Below are positions 9,570 through 20,688 of a DNA stretch of 64,000 nt, one piece after another. Source of the DNA: Candidatus Bathyarchaeota archaeon (GTDB lineage Archaea; Thermoproteota; Bathyarchaeia; Bathyarchaeales; Bathycorpusculaceae); assembly GCA_963832745.1 (NCBI GenBank), contig CAWHVC010000005.1:128001-192000 (forward strand), written 5' to 3'. The first letter of the stretch is position 1. Each line of letters starts with the position of its first letter. The notes under the pieces were generated by a model. It was not told the origin of the DNA, searched no databases, and was given only the letters and a program-made list of their open reading frames with translations. The translations under genes and the position numbers were made by a program.

Positions 9570-12351
9570 TTACTCTTTTCTTCTTCGACCTGCAACATAT
9601 TTACCGATTTCAATGCTTCCAAAGACTATAGCGCCGAAGGAGAAAGCGACCACCCAATCGATCAGTTCTGGAGTATGCACATCAAAGAGAGGCTGCACAC
9701 CGGGCACGTAAAGTATCAGCAACTGCAACGCAAATGATGACAGTATCGCGTACCATAGGAACTTGTTCTTGAAGACGCCAACCTTGAACACTGGATACTT
9801 TAGTGAACGCATCGAAAGTGCAACAACTAACTCCATTACAATCATGGCCGTAAGGAGTTGAGTTCTTGCTTCCAGAAGATGGAATTCGCTTGTCCACGGG
9901 GTATGGGAGAAGAACGCAATTAGCAGCAGAACAGTCATCAATACTGGTACAGTAGTTAGGTAGACTTTGACGTCTTTGCTAAAGATACTCTCGGTTGGTT
10001 TACGTGGTTTACGTTCCATTAAGTCTGGGTCACCTGGGTCAACGCCTAAAGCGATTGCTGGCAAGCCGTCAGTTACAAGGTTCATCCAAAGTAGTTGCAC
10101 TGCAGTTAAAGCGATGGCAGCCTCGTTTACCGCTTCCACGTCTGAACCCGGCGAGAATATGCTTGCAAGGAATGGCACGCTTACTACAGCAATGAACATC
10201 ACCAAGATTTCCATAATGTTGCATTGCAGCAGATAGGTGAGGTATTTCTTGATGTTTTCAAATATTTCTCTGCCTTCCTTGACAGCCTTTACTATGCTTG
10301 CAAAATTGTCATCTGCTAATACCATGTCAGCAGCTTCTTTGCTTACCTCAGTTCCTGAAATGCCCATGGCAACGCCTATGTCACTCATCTTAAGTGCTGG
10401 AGCATCGTTAACGCCGTCGCCAGTCATTGCTACAATTTGGTCTTTTGCTTTCCAAGCTTTTACAATACGAACTTTATGTTCAGGAGCAACACGAGCGTAA
10501 ATCACAGTTTTCTCTACAATATCTGCAAGTTCTTGATCTGACATACGTTCTAATTCTTGACCAGTTAAAACGCAGGTTTCCTCATCTTTGTCATCAAGCA
10601 ATTTTAATTCTTTGCCTACGGCGGTGGCAGTAAGTTTATGGTCGCCAGTAATCATTACCACGCGTATGCCGGCTTTCTTGCAAACTGCGATTGCATCTTT
10701 AACTTCAGGGCGTGGCGGGTCAATCATGCTCATGATGCCAACAAAGACAAAATGCTCTTCCATTTCTTCACTGAATTCAACATCGCTGGGCAGTTCTTTG
10801 TAAGCAAACGCAAGGTTACGCAAAGCTTGTTTTGCCAACGATTCAGTTACTTGAAAATGTTTAGTTTGACTTTCCTTGGTGAATGGCTGAATTTTGCCGT
10901 TTAGCAAGATTTTGCTACAGCGTTCGATAACCATTTCGGGGGCGCCTTTCATGTACGCAATTTTTTTGTCTGCTTTAGTGTGAATTGTAGTCATACGTTT
11001 TCGTTCTGAAGAGAAAGGCACTTCGTTTACGCGCCGTTCTTCTTCGTCAATGTCGTCTTTGCTGATGCCTGCTTTTTGTGCAGCTACAACCAACGCGCCT
11101 TCAGTTGGATCACCCTTGACTACCCATTTCCCTGTTTGTGTATCCTGTTCAAGACCGGAGTCATTACATAAAGCGGAAATTCTTAGTAATTCTTTGAGGT
11201 TTTCGCTGGGAGTTACCTTCTTGTTATCAACTTGGAATTCGCCTTCTGGCGCATAGCCTATTCCTGTAACTTTGATGTTTTGTTCGTCAACATAGATGCT
11301 TCGAACAGTCATTTCGCCTTTGGTCATAGTGCCTGTTTTATCGCTACAAATGACACTAGTGCTGCCAAGTGTTTCAACTGCTGGTAAACGTTTTACGATA
11401 GCGTTTGATTTTGCCATTCGGTACATGCCGATTGCGAGTGCACCTGTTACGATGGCGGGTAATGCTTCAGGTACAGCCGCAACAGCTAAACTGATAGCCC
11501 AAAGCACCATGTCCAAGATTGGGCGATGTTCAATAACTATGCCTACAAAGCCAACGCTTAATGCTATAACCAACGCTAAAATCCCAATCCATTTACCTAC
11601 GCCAGCTAAACGTTTTTCGAGAGGCGTTTCTTCTTGAGGAGCAGATTGGACCATTTGGGCAATTTTGCCGAATTCAGTGTTCATACCTGAAGAGGTTACA
11701 ACGGCTCTGCCTCTTCCATAAACAACTACGGTTCCAGTGTAGACCATGTTTTCTCGGTCGTTGAGTTGGGTTTGTTCAGGCAAAGCGTCAGCGGATTTGT
11801 TTACAGGTGATGATTCTCCAGTTAATGGTGCCTCATCATCCTTCATTGTGTATGCTTCAAGCAGTCTACCGTCAGCAGGGATTTTATCGCCTGTATAAAG
11901 AATCATAATATCGCCGGGAACAAGTTCGCTTGCGGGGATGCGAACCTCTTTTCCGTCACGCAGGACGCTGGCGGTTGGAGCAGTCATTTTTTTGAGGGCT
12001 TCAACAGCTTTTTCGCTTCGATATTCTTGTGTGAAGCCTAGAATTGCGCTTGCGAAAACAATGACAAGAATGATTAGAGCATCAACTGTTTCGCCGACGG
12101 CAAGCGAAAGCCCTGTAGCAATTAGCAGTATAATCATTAATATGTCTGTAAATTGGCCTGCTAAGAATTTTTAGGGGCGATTTTCCTTTTTCTTTTTTAA
12201 GTTCGTTGGGTCCATACTGTACTAGACGTTCTTGGGCTTCCCGTTTCGTTAAGCCTTTTGAGGTAACGTTGAGCTCGTTTAACGTCTGTTCCACAGTTTT
12301 ACTATGCCATTGTTTTTCCAATTTGGTTTCTCGCTCCAATATAGGGTTCAT
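9570..12351 (-). CDS. Cation-transporting P-type ATPase (SERCA-like, type II), with a frameshift near 12165
   Basis: DKTGT, TGES, GDGVND and PEALP motifs. The N-terminal domain (WHSKTVEQ...GLT...RLVQYGPNEL) is in ORF 12082-12351 in another frame. Start may be TTG near 12321. Confidence 0.92.
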
Positions 12352-12608
12352 TTACACGATTTTTTAGCTTTAATATCTTTCTGTTTTTATTGACAAAATG
12401 TAGCATTAAACAGGGCTAAATGTGCACACCCGTCCAGCTAAACAATTAACTCTTAAACAAACGATAAGAAACACAGACATCTTTAGTTAAACCGTTGTGA
12501 CAAAAAACCCTTTGTTCTATCCAAAAAAAATTTTATCAACATTTTTCCCAAAAAGATTAATCAAAGCAACAACAATACTATTATCAACAATTTTAGAAGC
12601 TGATTCTC

Positions 12609-13310
12609 ATGAAGTATGAAACCACTATACAAGACGTAATCCCCCGAACTCACGACGTCACCAGTTACAGATTTCCAAAACCCAAAGAACTCGAATACAA
12701 GCCCGGTCAATTCTTTTTTGTAACCATAAAACAAGACGACAAGGAATTAACTAAACATTTCAGCTTCAGCACCAGCCCAACAGAAACAAGCTACATAGAA
12801 TTCACCAAAAAACTAACCGACCACGAATACTCATTGGCACTTAAAGCAGCAAAAGTTGGTGACTGGGCAAGAATTGATGCACCATACGGCAAATTCACCT
12901 TCGAGGGAGAATACCCAAAAATCGCTATGCTCTGCGGCGGCATAGGCATAACACCATTCATAAGCATAATCAAAAACGCTACAGACAAAAACTTGAGCAA
13001 CAAAATCACACTTTTTTACGGTTGCCGCACCGAAGAAGACGTAGCATTCAAAACGGAGCTTGAAGAATTAGAAAAGAAGAACAGTAACTTGAAAGTGCAT
13101 TTTGTCTTAAGCCAAGCCTCATCAGAATGGAAGGGTGCCACTGGGTTTATCACTGCTGAAATGGTTCAAAAAGAGTTACCTGATTTTAAGGATACAATGT
13201 TTTATGCGTGTGGCCCTCCGCCGATGGTTAAAGCGATGGAGGGACTTGTGGAAAAACTGGGGTTGCCTAAAGAACAGTTGAAACTCGAACTCTTCACTGG
13301 CTACATTTAA
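12609..13310 (+). CDS. FAD/NAD(P)-binding oxidoreductase (ferredoxin reductase-like)
   Basis: YKPGQF, GGIGITPF and YACGPPPM motifs. Confidence 0.9.
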   Translation: MKYETTIQDVIPRTHDVTSYRFPKPKELEYKPGQFFFVTIKQDDKELTKHFSFSTSPTETSYIEFTKKLTDHEYSLALKAAKVGDWARIDAPYGKFTFEGEYPKIAMLCGGIGITPFISIIKNATDKNLSNKITLFYGCRTEEDVAFKTELEELEKKNSNLKVHFVLSQASSEWKGATGFITAEMVQKELPDFKDTMFYACGPPPMVKAMEGLVEKLGLPKEQLKLELFTGYI

Positions 13311-13364
13311 ACGCCATTTTTTGGCAATTAAACCTAATTTTTTAGTAACCTTAATGCTTAACTT

Positions 13365-14516
13365 TTGACAAGTCAAAGGGTAAGGAAAAAGTTGCCCTTG
13401 CAAGTCAAAACGCTGTACGCCAAGATTCCACACGACGCAAAATTGGCAATTCTCATAGTCATATTAACCAAAATATTAGTCTTCACCATAGGCTTAACTG
13501 CAAACATCGCAACCGGTTCAGCTTCACCTTCAACCGTGTTTACCATGTTTAACCGTTGGGATGCCCCACATTACCTTGACATCGCCCAAAACTGGTACGT
13601 AAACACAGGCGACGCAGCCAACTTTATCGTGTTCTTCCCCCTATATCCAATTCTAATCAGACTAATCACCGTAAACTTTGACTACATCAACATTTCAGCC
13701 TTAATCGTTGCTAACGTCTGCAGCATAATCGCCTTCTATTACCTTTACAAGCTGGCAAAACTGGAATTCAACAGCGGCGTCGCCGTGAAAGCAGTTCTTT
13801 TCATGAGCATTTTTCCCACAGCCTACTTTCTCTCAGCACCATACACGGAAGGGCTCTTCTTTGCTACAGTAATAGCCAGTATCTATTATGCTCGAGTTAG
13901 CCGCTGGGAAGTTTCAGGGTTGCTTAGCATGTTTGCCGCCTTAAGCCGCCTTGCTGGGTTGCTTCTTTTGCCTGTACTGCTGGTTGAGTATTTTCATCAG
14001 AAAGGTTGGAAACCTCGAAGTGTAGATTACAAGATTGTGTGGCCTGTTTTAGCGCTTGTGGGCTTTTTGATTTATTTGGGCATAAACCTGCAAGTAACGG
14101 GTGACGCGTTAAAGTTTATGGAAATCGAAAAAACGCATTGGTTTAATACCCTTGACCCAGTTACAGGCTTAAAACTTGCGTGGAGTTGGGCAACAACCCG
14201 TGCTTACCCCGAAAACATCAGCATCGGAATTGCACCCATAGTTTTCGCAGTCTTCGGGTTGATTATGTTCGGAGCTGCGGTTTGGAAACGTTTCCGCCCC
14301 GTTTATTTAATATACATGTTTTTGACTTGGGGGCTTGCAGTCTCAACTTCATGGTGGATAAGCGTGCCACGCTACATTATGGCAATGTTCCCAATGTTCA
14401 TCCTTTTGGGCGTTTTAACACGCAATAAATGGGTTAATGGCGCAATCGTGGTGGCGTTTGGTGTTGGGCTTTGCTATTTCACGGCGGCTTTCGCTTTGGG
14501 ATGGTGGGCATTCTAA
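13365..14516 (+). CDS. GT-C glycosyltransferase, PIG-V-like mannosyltransferase family
   Basis: RWDAPHY..IA..WY, FFPLYP and PYTEGLF motifs; multi-pass. True start may be slightly downstream. Confidence 0.85.
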   Translation: MTSQRVRKKLPLQVKTLYAKIPHDAKLAILIVILTKILVFTIGLTANIATGSASPSTVFTMFNRWDAPHYLDIAQNWYVNTGDAANFIVFFPLYPILIRLITVNFDYINISALIVANVCSIIAFYYLYKLAKLEFNSGVAVKAVLFMSIFPTAYFLSAPYTEGLFFATVIASIYYARVSRWEVSGLLSMFAALSRLAGLLLLPVLLVEYFHQKGWKPRSVDYKIVWPVLALVGFLIYLGINLQVTGDALKFMEIEKTHWFNTLDPVTGLKLAWSWATTRAYPENISIGIAPIVFAVFGLIMFGAAVWKRFRPVYLIYMFLTWGLAVSTSWWISVPRYIMAMFPMFILLGVLTRNKWVNGAIVVAFGVGLCYFTAAFALGWWAF

Positions 14517-14629
14517 CCATTCAAATAGCAAGAAGCTGTAAAGTTAGGCTTCAACATGTTTTTGGCTTAAAAAACGACCATTAGCACCTACTCTTTTCAG
14601 GAGTCCAGCAAAAGCTAAAAACTGAATAC

Positions 14630-16219
14630 TCATGCACCATGGTACAGAGGCAATTCTACTGTGAATTGGGTTCCTTTGCCCACTTGGCTATCAAAAGAGA
14701 TACTTCCACCTTGAGCCTCGATAGTTCTTTTGCAGACAGCTAAACCGAAACCTTGACCCTTAGATTTAGTGGTAAACAATGGCGTAAAAATTTTAGGCTT
14801 TACGTCATCCGGTATCCCTATTCCTGTGTCTTCAACCCTGATGTTGACATGCCCGTTTCCATCGTTACTTGAGTGAATTGTTAGTTTGCCGCCGTCGGGC
14901 ATTGCTTGGATAGCGTTAGTAATCAAGTTGATTAGAACTCTTCTTAGGAGTTGCGGGTCAGTCACCACTTTTAGATTATCTTCCACAATCAAAACTGACT
15001 GGATACTACTGGGCAAATCAATGTGTTCTACTGTAGATTCAACCAACTCTTTTATGTCCACTATCTGCTTGAGAGCCTCAATCGGTTTAACAAAAGTCTG
15101 CAAATCGCTAACAATCTTATCCATATAGGTGATTTGTTCAGAAATATCCTGAATACTTTCATTTAAAGAAACTTTCAGTTGACCCTCAGGCAACGTTTTA
15201 AGTTCAGTTTGAGCGAGGTAAAGGTCGCTGACAATAGACTGCAAAGGATTACGAAGGTCATGCCCAACCATGCCCGCGGTTTCCCCGATTGCCGCCATTC
15301 GCTCCTTTTCTTGAAGTTGCCTTTCAAGGTTTTTGCGTGAAGTTATATCTCTGAAAAGAGCTGCAACTTGATCTTTAGCGTAAGGAAACGCATACACGTC
15401 AAACCATCTGTCGAGGTCTCTATGGTAGGTTTCTTGATGGATTGATTTTCCGGTTCTTACAATATTGCCGTAAAGGTTAATCCAGTACGGTTCAACGTTT
15501 GGATAAACCGCTTCTACTTGTTTGCCAACAATTTCAGAACTATTACGCCCTGTTAAGCGTTCAAAAGCTTTGTTAACTTTTAAAAACATGTAGCTTAACG
15601 GTTGCCCTACTTCATCATACTGCAGTTTAACAAGTTGGAAAGCATCATCGCTGTTGTCAAAAATTGTTTTGTACAACTGTTCACTTTCCCTGAGGGCTTC
15701 CTCAATTTTTTTACGTTCAGAAATATCCCGTGTAACACCCAAGAAAACCGAAGGCTTATTGTTCTCATCACAAATCAAAGTAGTAGATATTTCAGCGAAA
15801 AACCATGACCCATCTTTTCGCATGACTCTAACCTGATTAACCGTTTTTCCTGTTTCAAGAACCTTAAAAGAACCTTCAATAGCGCGCGCCCGATCTTCAG
15901 GAAACACAATATCATAAACATTCTTACCAATAAGTTCCTCCTTAGCCATCTTCAATTGTTTCAATGAAGCCTTGTTAGTGTCAATAAATTTACCGTCCAA
16001 ACCGACCAAGCTTATGCCGTCATCTACCGAATCAAGAATATTCTGTAAGCGGTCTTTACAATAAAGCCGTTCAGCATTTTGTAAAATACGCTGATTTTTC
16101 TTGGTGTGTTCTGCATTTCGGGTTAAATACAAATCTTTTGAGTTGGAAGTGTTGTTTAATAAATCAAACAAAGTATTTCCCGCCGGAAAAATGCACATTT
16201 TTCTTGTTAGTAATACCAT
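14630..16219 (-). CDS. PAS-domain sensor histidine kinase
   Basis: Two PAS/PAC domains, H-box HDLRNPL, N-box NLITNAIQA, G1 DTGIG, F and G2 GFGLA boxes. Confidence 0.95.
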   Translation of the reverse strand: MVLLTRKMCIFPAGNTLFDLLNNTSNSKDLYLTRNAEHTKKNQRILQNAERLYCKDRLQNILDSVDDGISLVGLDGKFIDTNKASLKQLKMAKEELIGKNVYDIVFPEDRARAIEGSFKVLETGKTVNQVRVMRKDGSWFFAEISTTLICDENNKPSVFLGVTRDISERKKIEEALRESEQLYKTIFDNSDDAFQLVKLQYDEVGQPLSYMFLKVNKAFERLTGRNSSEIVGKQVEAVYPNVEPYWINLYGNIVRTGKSIHQETYHRDLDRWFDVYAFPYAKDQVAALFRDITSRKNLERQLQEKERMAAIGETAGMVGHDLRNPLQSIVSDLYLAQTELKTLPEGQLKVSLNESIQDISEQITYMDKIVSDLQTFVKPIEALKQIVDIKELVESTVEHIDLPSSIQSVLIVEDNLKVVTDPQLLRRVLINLITNAIQAMPDGGKLTIHSSNDGNGHVNIRVEDTGIGIPDDVKPKIFTPLFTTKSKGQGFGLAVCKRTIEAQGGSISFDSQVGKGTQFTVELPLYHGA

Positions 16220-16375
16220 GTTTTAAAGGAATTTAATATTTTGATTAACTTCTATTGTCGTTCTTTAGTCAAGAAATATTGACTACCTTTTTTTGAATAG
16301 GAGGCTGTTTTAGTCAATGTTTCTTGATGAAAACCGCTTTAAGCACATAAATCTGAAGTTGTTATTTGAAAACGA

Positions 16376-17041
16376 ATGAAGAAAATAACTATCATAATGT
16401 TGGCAATTATTATCATCGGTTTTTCAGCCAGAGCCACACCCGCATTAGCAAGTGGCGCTCCTTCAGTTGGCGTAAAAAAAGGCGATTGGATAGAATATTC
16501 CATGAAAATAACAGGACCTCCAGTTGATGCTTTACGCAATATCACGTGGTATAGATGTGACGTTTTGGAGGTTGATGGAACATCGTTTCTGGTAAACAAA
16601 ACTGCGCTGATGATTAACGGAACGTTACAAAGTTCTGTCTGGCAATTTAATTTGACTATGGGCCAAGTTTTTGGGTGGGTAATTATTCCTGCAAACCTGA
16701 GCACTGGAGATGCATTTTTTGACGTTATGAAATCGGCGAATATTACTATCGAAGGTGAAGAGCAAAAGACTCTGTTAGGCACAACTCGAACGGTTACACA
16801 TGCAAACATTATAGGAATGGTCGATAAAGAATGGGATAAAGCTACAGGCGTTTACGTACACGCCGTAGAACACACGACCGACTACACTATAATAACAAAC
16901 GCAGTCGCCACAAACATGTGGAATCCCCAAACACAGGACCAAAACTCTTCAGCGCTTACCCAATTGACCGTAATAACCGCATTACTGGCGTCACTATTTT
17001 TATTATCGCTCTTTATTATAAGGAAAAAACCACAAAAATGA
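16376..17041 (+). CDS. Hypothetical exported protein with C-terminal membrane anchor
   Basis: Signal peptide, VGVKKGDWIEY motif, C-terminal TM helix plus basic tail. Confidence 0.8.
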   Translation: MKKITIIMLAIIIIGFSARATPALASGAPSVGVKKGDWIEYSMKITGPPVDALRNITWYRCDVLEVDGTSFLVNKTALMINGTLQSSVWQFNLTMGQVFGWVIIPANLSTGDAFFDVMKSANITIEGEEQKTLLGTTRTVTHANIIGMVDKEWDKATGVYVHAVEHTTDYTIITNAVATNMWNPQTQDQNSSALTQLTVITALLASLFLLSLFIIRKKPQK

Positions 17042-17195
17042 TTGCATCCTTTGAGCTTTACGGAAGAAAATGGTAGAAGCCAGGAGGCTTGCAAGGTTTT
17101 AGGTCTATTTCAAACTGTTAAGACTTATTTTTCGTTCTAATGGCTGATTTCAACCCAAAAGTATGTTAGAAATTTTAAAGGCAACTGAGGGTAAT

Positions 17196-17816
17196 CTATG
17201 CAGACACCGGTACTTTCTCTTTGGCGTTTTTCTGCGCCTTGAGGATGTCAGTATAAAGTAGTTTATGTTTGCTCACAAATGGGTAGGCTAATATGAGTAC
17301 AATTGACCCCAAGAGAATTGCCCAAATCGAGTTGCTTAAAGCAATCAACGGACCAGTAGGGATAAACGGTGCCAACCCAAGCCAATCAAGCCCCGCACCA
17401 ATAATGACTCCACACAGGAGACAGGGAAGAACCGCAAGCCCAACAAACAAACCTACCTTTTTGAGGCTCCGCAGGTCAGGCTTTTCAGTTGTTATTTTTG
17501 ACCATAGTTTGTATGGCAAGTAGCCGATGAGGAAGTTGCCAATGAATCCGGGGATGCTTGCTGCATCTAAGCCGCCTGTGATTAAGTCACGGAAAATGTT
17601 GCCGATTGCTGCACCCCAAGCCGCCGCGGGACCGAAAAAGAAAGAGAAAGCTACAGGTATGCCTACGCCAACGCGTCCAAAATCTGCGTGACCGCCAAAG
17701 ATGGTGAAGCCTTGGGTGGGAAAAATTAGTGCTTCATAAAGGACAGCGGTTAGTGAGACGAATGCTACCATTTTGGGTTTTTTCCACATCTCGAGCAGGT
17801 CAATCATGAGCGTCAT
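17196..17816 (-). CDS. QueT-family / ECF S-component transporter
   Basis: FSFFFGPAAAWGAAIGNIFRD and GFIGNFLIGYLPY motifs; about 6 TM. Confidence 0.75.
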   Translation of the reverse strand: MTLMIDLLEMWKKPKMVAFVSLTAVLYEALIFPTQGFTIFGGHADFGRVGVGIPVAFSFFFGPAAAWGAAIGNIFRDLITGGLDAASIPGFIGNFLIGYLPYKLWSKITTEKPDLRSLKKVGLFVGLAVLPCLLCGVIIGAGLDWLGLAPFIPTGPLIALSNSIWAILLGSIVLILAYPFVSKHKLLYTDILKAQKNAKEKVPVSA

Positions 17817-17939
17817 AGTGAATCGTGGTTTGATTGCTTAAAAATTTACTGACTTAAAGCTTGTGATTTTATCGCTTAAACGCCTGCCTCAACACTTTTA
17901 TTTTTCCAGTATAATAATTTACTTAAGGAGATAGTTTTT

Positions 17940-18512
17940 ATGGATTTTAAAGGAAGCCAAACAGAAAAGAACCTGCTAGCAGCGTTCGCTGGCGAATCCC
18001 AAGCAAGAAACCGATACACTTTTTTTGCTAGTGTAGCAAAAAAGGAAGGCTACGAACAAATCGGCGCGATTTTTGAAGAAACCGCTGGTAACGAGAAAGA
18101 ACACGCAGAACTCTTCTTTAAGCATCTTAAAGGCGGAATGGTTGAAATCACGGCAGCCTACCCAGCAGGAGTCATAGGCTCAACAGCTGAGAACCTGAAA
18201 GCTGCTGCGGAAGGAGAAAAACTTGAATGGGGCACACTTTACCCTAACTTCGGTGACGTTGCAGAGAAAGAGGGCTTTAAGGATGTTGCAGCCACTTTTA
18301 GGATGGTTGCTAAAGTCGAAGTTTACCATGAAAAACGTTACAATAAGCTGTTGGAAAGCGTTCAAAACGCCAAAGTCTTCAAGAAGGATGCGCCAGTTAA
18401 GTGGAAATGCAGAAACTGCGGTTTCGTATTTGAGGGAACAGAAGTACCGGATAAATGTCCAGTTTGTGCTCATCCGAAATCGTACTTTGAAGTTTGGACA
18501 GAAAACTACTAA
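17940..18512 (+). CDS. rbr: Rubrerythrin
   Basis: AFAGESQARNRY, ExxH diiron motifs, C-terminal CRNCG...CPVC rubredoxin-like site. Confidence 0.96.
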   Translation: MDFKGSQTEKNLLAAFAGESQARNRYTFFASVAKKEGYEQIGAIFEETAGNEKEHAELFFKHLKGGMVEITAAYPAGVIGSTAENLKAAAEGEKLEWGTLYPNFGDVAEKEGFKDVAATFRMVAKVEVYHEKRYNKLLESVQNAKVFKKDAPVKWKCRNCGFVFEGTEVPDKCPVCAHPKSYFEVWTENY

Positions 18513-18538
18513 ATCCAAACCCATTTTCTTTTTTAGAT

Positions 18539-19684
18539 TCAAGTAATTGTTTGGTTCCAGAAAAACACTTGATTGTAGGTCTGATTAATTTTTGTGTAGT
18601 CTAAACCGTCACCATAGATTATGTTAAATCTGGAGCCATAACGGCTTTCAAGCAGATTAACGTCACCCCAAACTTTGGCAGACAACTCGTCAGCCTTAAA
18701 CAGCCCCCAAATTGAATCATCCGCACTGCGAAAACCAAACCCGTAATCTTTCGGAAGCACATAAACTGCCTCAGCATTGTTATCGCTGAAGCTTTGAGGC
18801 TCATTTTGGATTGAATCCCAAAACCGTTTAAGCGCATCAAAATGTTCCTGCGTTAACGTGCCATAATCGCCAAGCTGCGGGTAACTGAAGACTACGGCAT
18901 ATTTGGCTCCAGCCTCATAAGCTAAACGTAAATCACTGTACAATTCGTCCCCTGACTCCAAGTAGGGTGCTTGATCGTATTTCCAAGTTACGATGACGCC
19001 CCAGTCTTTTCCTTGTGTTTCTGCGGCGCCACGGCATAATGCTATAGGGGTTAAACGGCTTTGGTTCCAAACAAACTCTGCCAGAATCGTGTCGTAGCTG
19101 GCTTTGTAATCGTACCAGTACAATCCGTAATCTGCTGTGAGGACGGAAACGTTGTCAAAGTACAGGTGATAGTAATCGACGTGATAGTACATGTAATTGG
19201 TGTACTTGTTAGCCGCGTCAGTGTAGTTGTCGGCTTGTGAAACCATTATAGAATAGTTTTTGCTGGCTGGCTGGTCAAGCTGGATTCCGCCGGGTTCATC
19301 ATAACGGTAAATTCCTAAAAGCAGACTGCCATATTTAGCTTGGGCGTTGCTTGTCCAAATGGAAGTGTTGTATGTGTACTTGGTGATATCGGTAAACATG
19401 ATGATAAAGTTCATACGGGCGTCGGCTATGTAATCACAGCTCTCCGTTAAAGCAGACTCGTTAAAAGTCAAATCTGCTGAGCCTAAAACTAGCAGGTTAG
19501 TGTAGCCTTTAACCTTATCAACAAGGGCTTTAACCTCTGAAGGCTTGCTACCATAAGCGTATTCTGCACCAACATAAAATTCCCTGCCAAGTTGAGGCGT
19601 AGTAAACCAGTCAGCAGAAATAAAAATAGTTAAACACACAAGAAGCACCGCAATTGCAGCCAAAACAACAGTTAAACGTTTCAA
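18539..19684 (-). CDS. Membrane-anchored hypothetical protein, possible glycoside hydrolase-like fold
   Basis: N-terminal TM helix, Tyr/Trp-rich, YRYDEPGG motif, several NxS/T sequons. Function is inference. Confidence 0.7.
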   Translation of the reverse strand: MKRLTVVLAAIAVLLVCLTIFISADWFTTPQLGREFYVGAEYAYGSKPSEVKALVDKVKGYTNLLVLGSADLTFNESALTESCDYIADARMNFIIMFTDITKYTYNTSIWTSNAQAKYGSLLLGIYRYDEPGGIQLDQPASKNYSIMVSQADNYTDAANKYTNYMYYHVDYYHLYFDNVSVLTADYGLYWYDYKASYDTILAEFVWNQSRLTPIALCRGAAETQGKDWGVIVTWKYDQAPYLESGDELYSDLRLAYEAGAKYAVVFSYPQLGDYGTLTQEHFDALKRFWDSIQNEPQSFSDNNAEAVYVLPKDYGFGFRSADDSIWGLFKADELSAKVWGDVNLLESRYGSRFNIIYGDGLDYTKINQTYNQVFFWNQTIT

Positions 19685-19762
19685 CAGCAGTTTTCCCTTT
19701 AATGTATGAAAACCAAAGTTAAAGCATATAACTATTATTAAAAAATTGGAAAACCCCGCTTT

Positions 19763-20200
19763 TTAGCGGTACATACCAATAAGTTCGCCTTCTGCAAGAA
19801 TATGGCCCTGCAGGGCTTTCTGTAAAGCGGCTTTTTTGGTGCTGACGGGCAGATTCAGGGTTTGGTCTAAAGCATAAATCTTGAAAAAGTAACGATGGCT
19901 ACCTGATGGAGGACAAGGAGGATAATAACCTGATCTGCGTCCACTGTTTAAGCCTTCAACGCCTGGAGCTGAGTTTTCTTCAATACAGTTAGTTGAAGCT
20001 GGAATGTTCCACATTATCCAATGGTCAAAAGTGCCTGACACAGCGTCTGGGTCCTCACAAATTAACGCTAAACTTTCGGTTTTCTCTGGAATATCCTCAA
20101 CGGTTAGGGGCGGGTTTACGCCGTCACCCTCGCAAGTGTATTTTTTGGGGATTTTCTGATGGGCTTCAAACGCGGAACTTTTAATTGTTAACTTGTCCAT
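19763..20200 (-). CDS. YbhB/YbcL (PEBP) family protein
   Basis: DPDA, HWIMWNIP and PPCPPSGSHRYFF motifs. Confidence 0.93.
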   Translation of the reverse strand: MDKLTIKSSAFEAHQKIPKKYTCEGDGVNPPLTVEDIPEKTESLALICEDPDAVSGTFDHWIMWNIPASTNCIEENSAPGVEGLNSGRRSGYYPPCPPSGSHRYFFKIYALDQTLNLPVSTKKAALQKALQGHILAEGELIGMYR

Positions 20201-20278
20201 GAATTTTCATCTCTAAAAATCATTTAAGGTAAATTAATTGTTGGATAAATATTTAATTAAAATAACAAAAAAATTGAG

Positions 20279-20392
20279 TTAAAAGGGAACCGTGTGTATG
20301 GGTCCTTTGTGTTTGCACATTCGGTGGATACGCAAATTTTCTGGCGTAGAAAAGTCTGCTTTGCAGATGGGACACTTATAGGTTTCAAACAT
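20279..20392 (-). CDS. 37-aa C2H2 zinc-finger microprotein (not in the ORF track)
   Basis: Hand translation MFETYKCPICKADFSTPENLRIHRMCKHKGPIHTVPF*, pattern C-x2-C-x12-H-x4-H; GAGG upstream of the ATG. Confidence 0.65.
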   Translation of the reverse strand: MFETYKCPICKADFSTPENLRIHRMCKHKGPIHTVPF

Positions 20393-20481
20393 TGGTTTTT
20401 TGTTCCTCTTTAGCCAACTTTAACGTCTAATACTGAATAAAAAAATTTGTGATTGAACTTAGACAGCAACATTAATTTTGT

Positions 20482-20688
20482 TTATGATTGGGTTTTCTCG
20501 TCTTCGCCAGTCCATTTTTCGATGACGATTTTTTTGTCGTTTGGCTTAAAGCTTACTTTTACAGGCATAGAATCAGAATCTTCGCATTTCAACGGGAACA
20601 TACTGTCATCAACTACTCTAACTGGCAAATACAGAAGGTATCGTGCGTCTTTTCGTCGAAAGATTGTTCCTTTTCCCTGATTACCCAT
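20482..20688 (-). CDS. Small hypothetical protein, possibly AbrB-like swapped hairpin
   Basis: 68-aa ORF with RYLLYLP..V...FP pattern. Confidence 0.6.
   Translation of the reverse strand: MGNQGKGTIFRRKDARYLLYLPVRVVDDSMFPLKCEDSDSMPVKVSFKPNDKKIVIEKWTGEDEKTQS

Noticed and set aside
17817-17939. preQ1 riboswitch upstream of the QueT-like gene
   Set aside because: No preQ1 stem-loop or A-rich tail motif is visible, and the leader is short.
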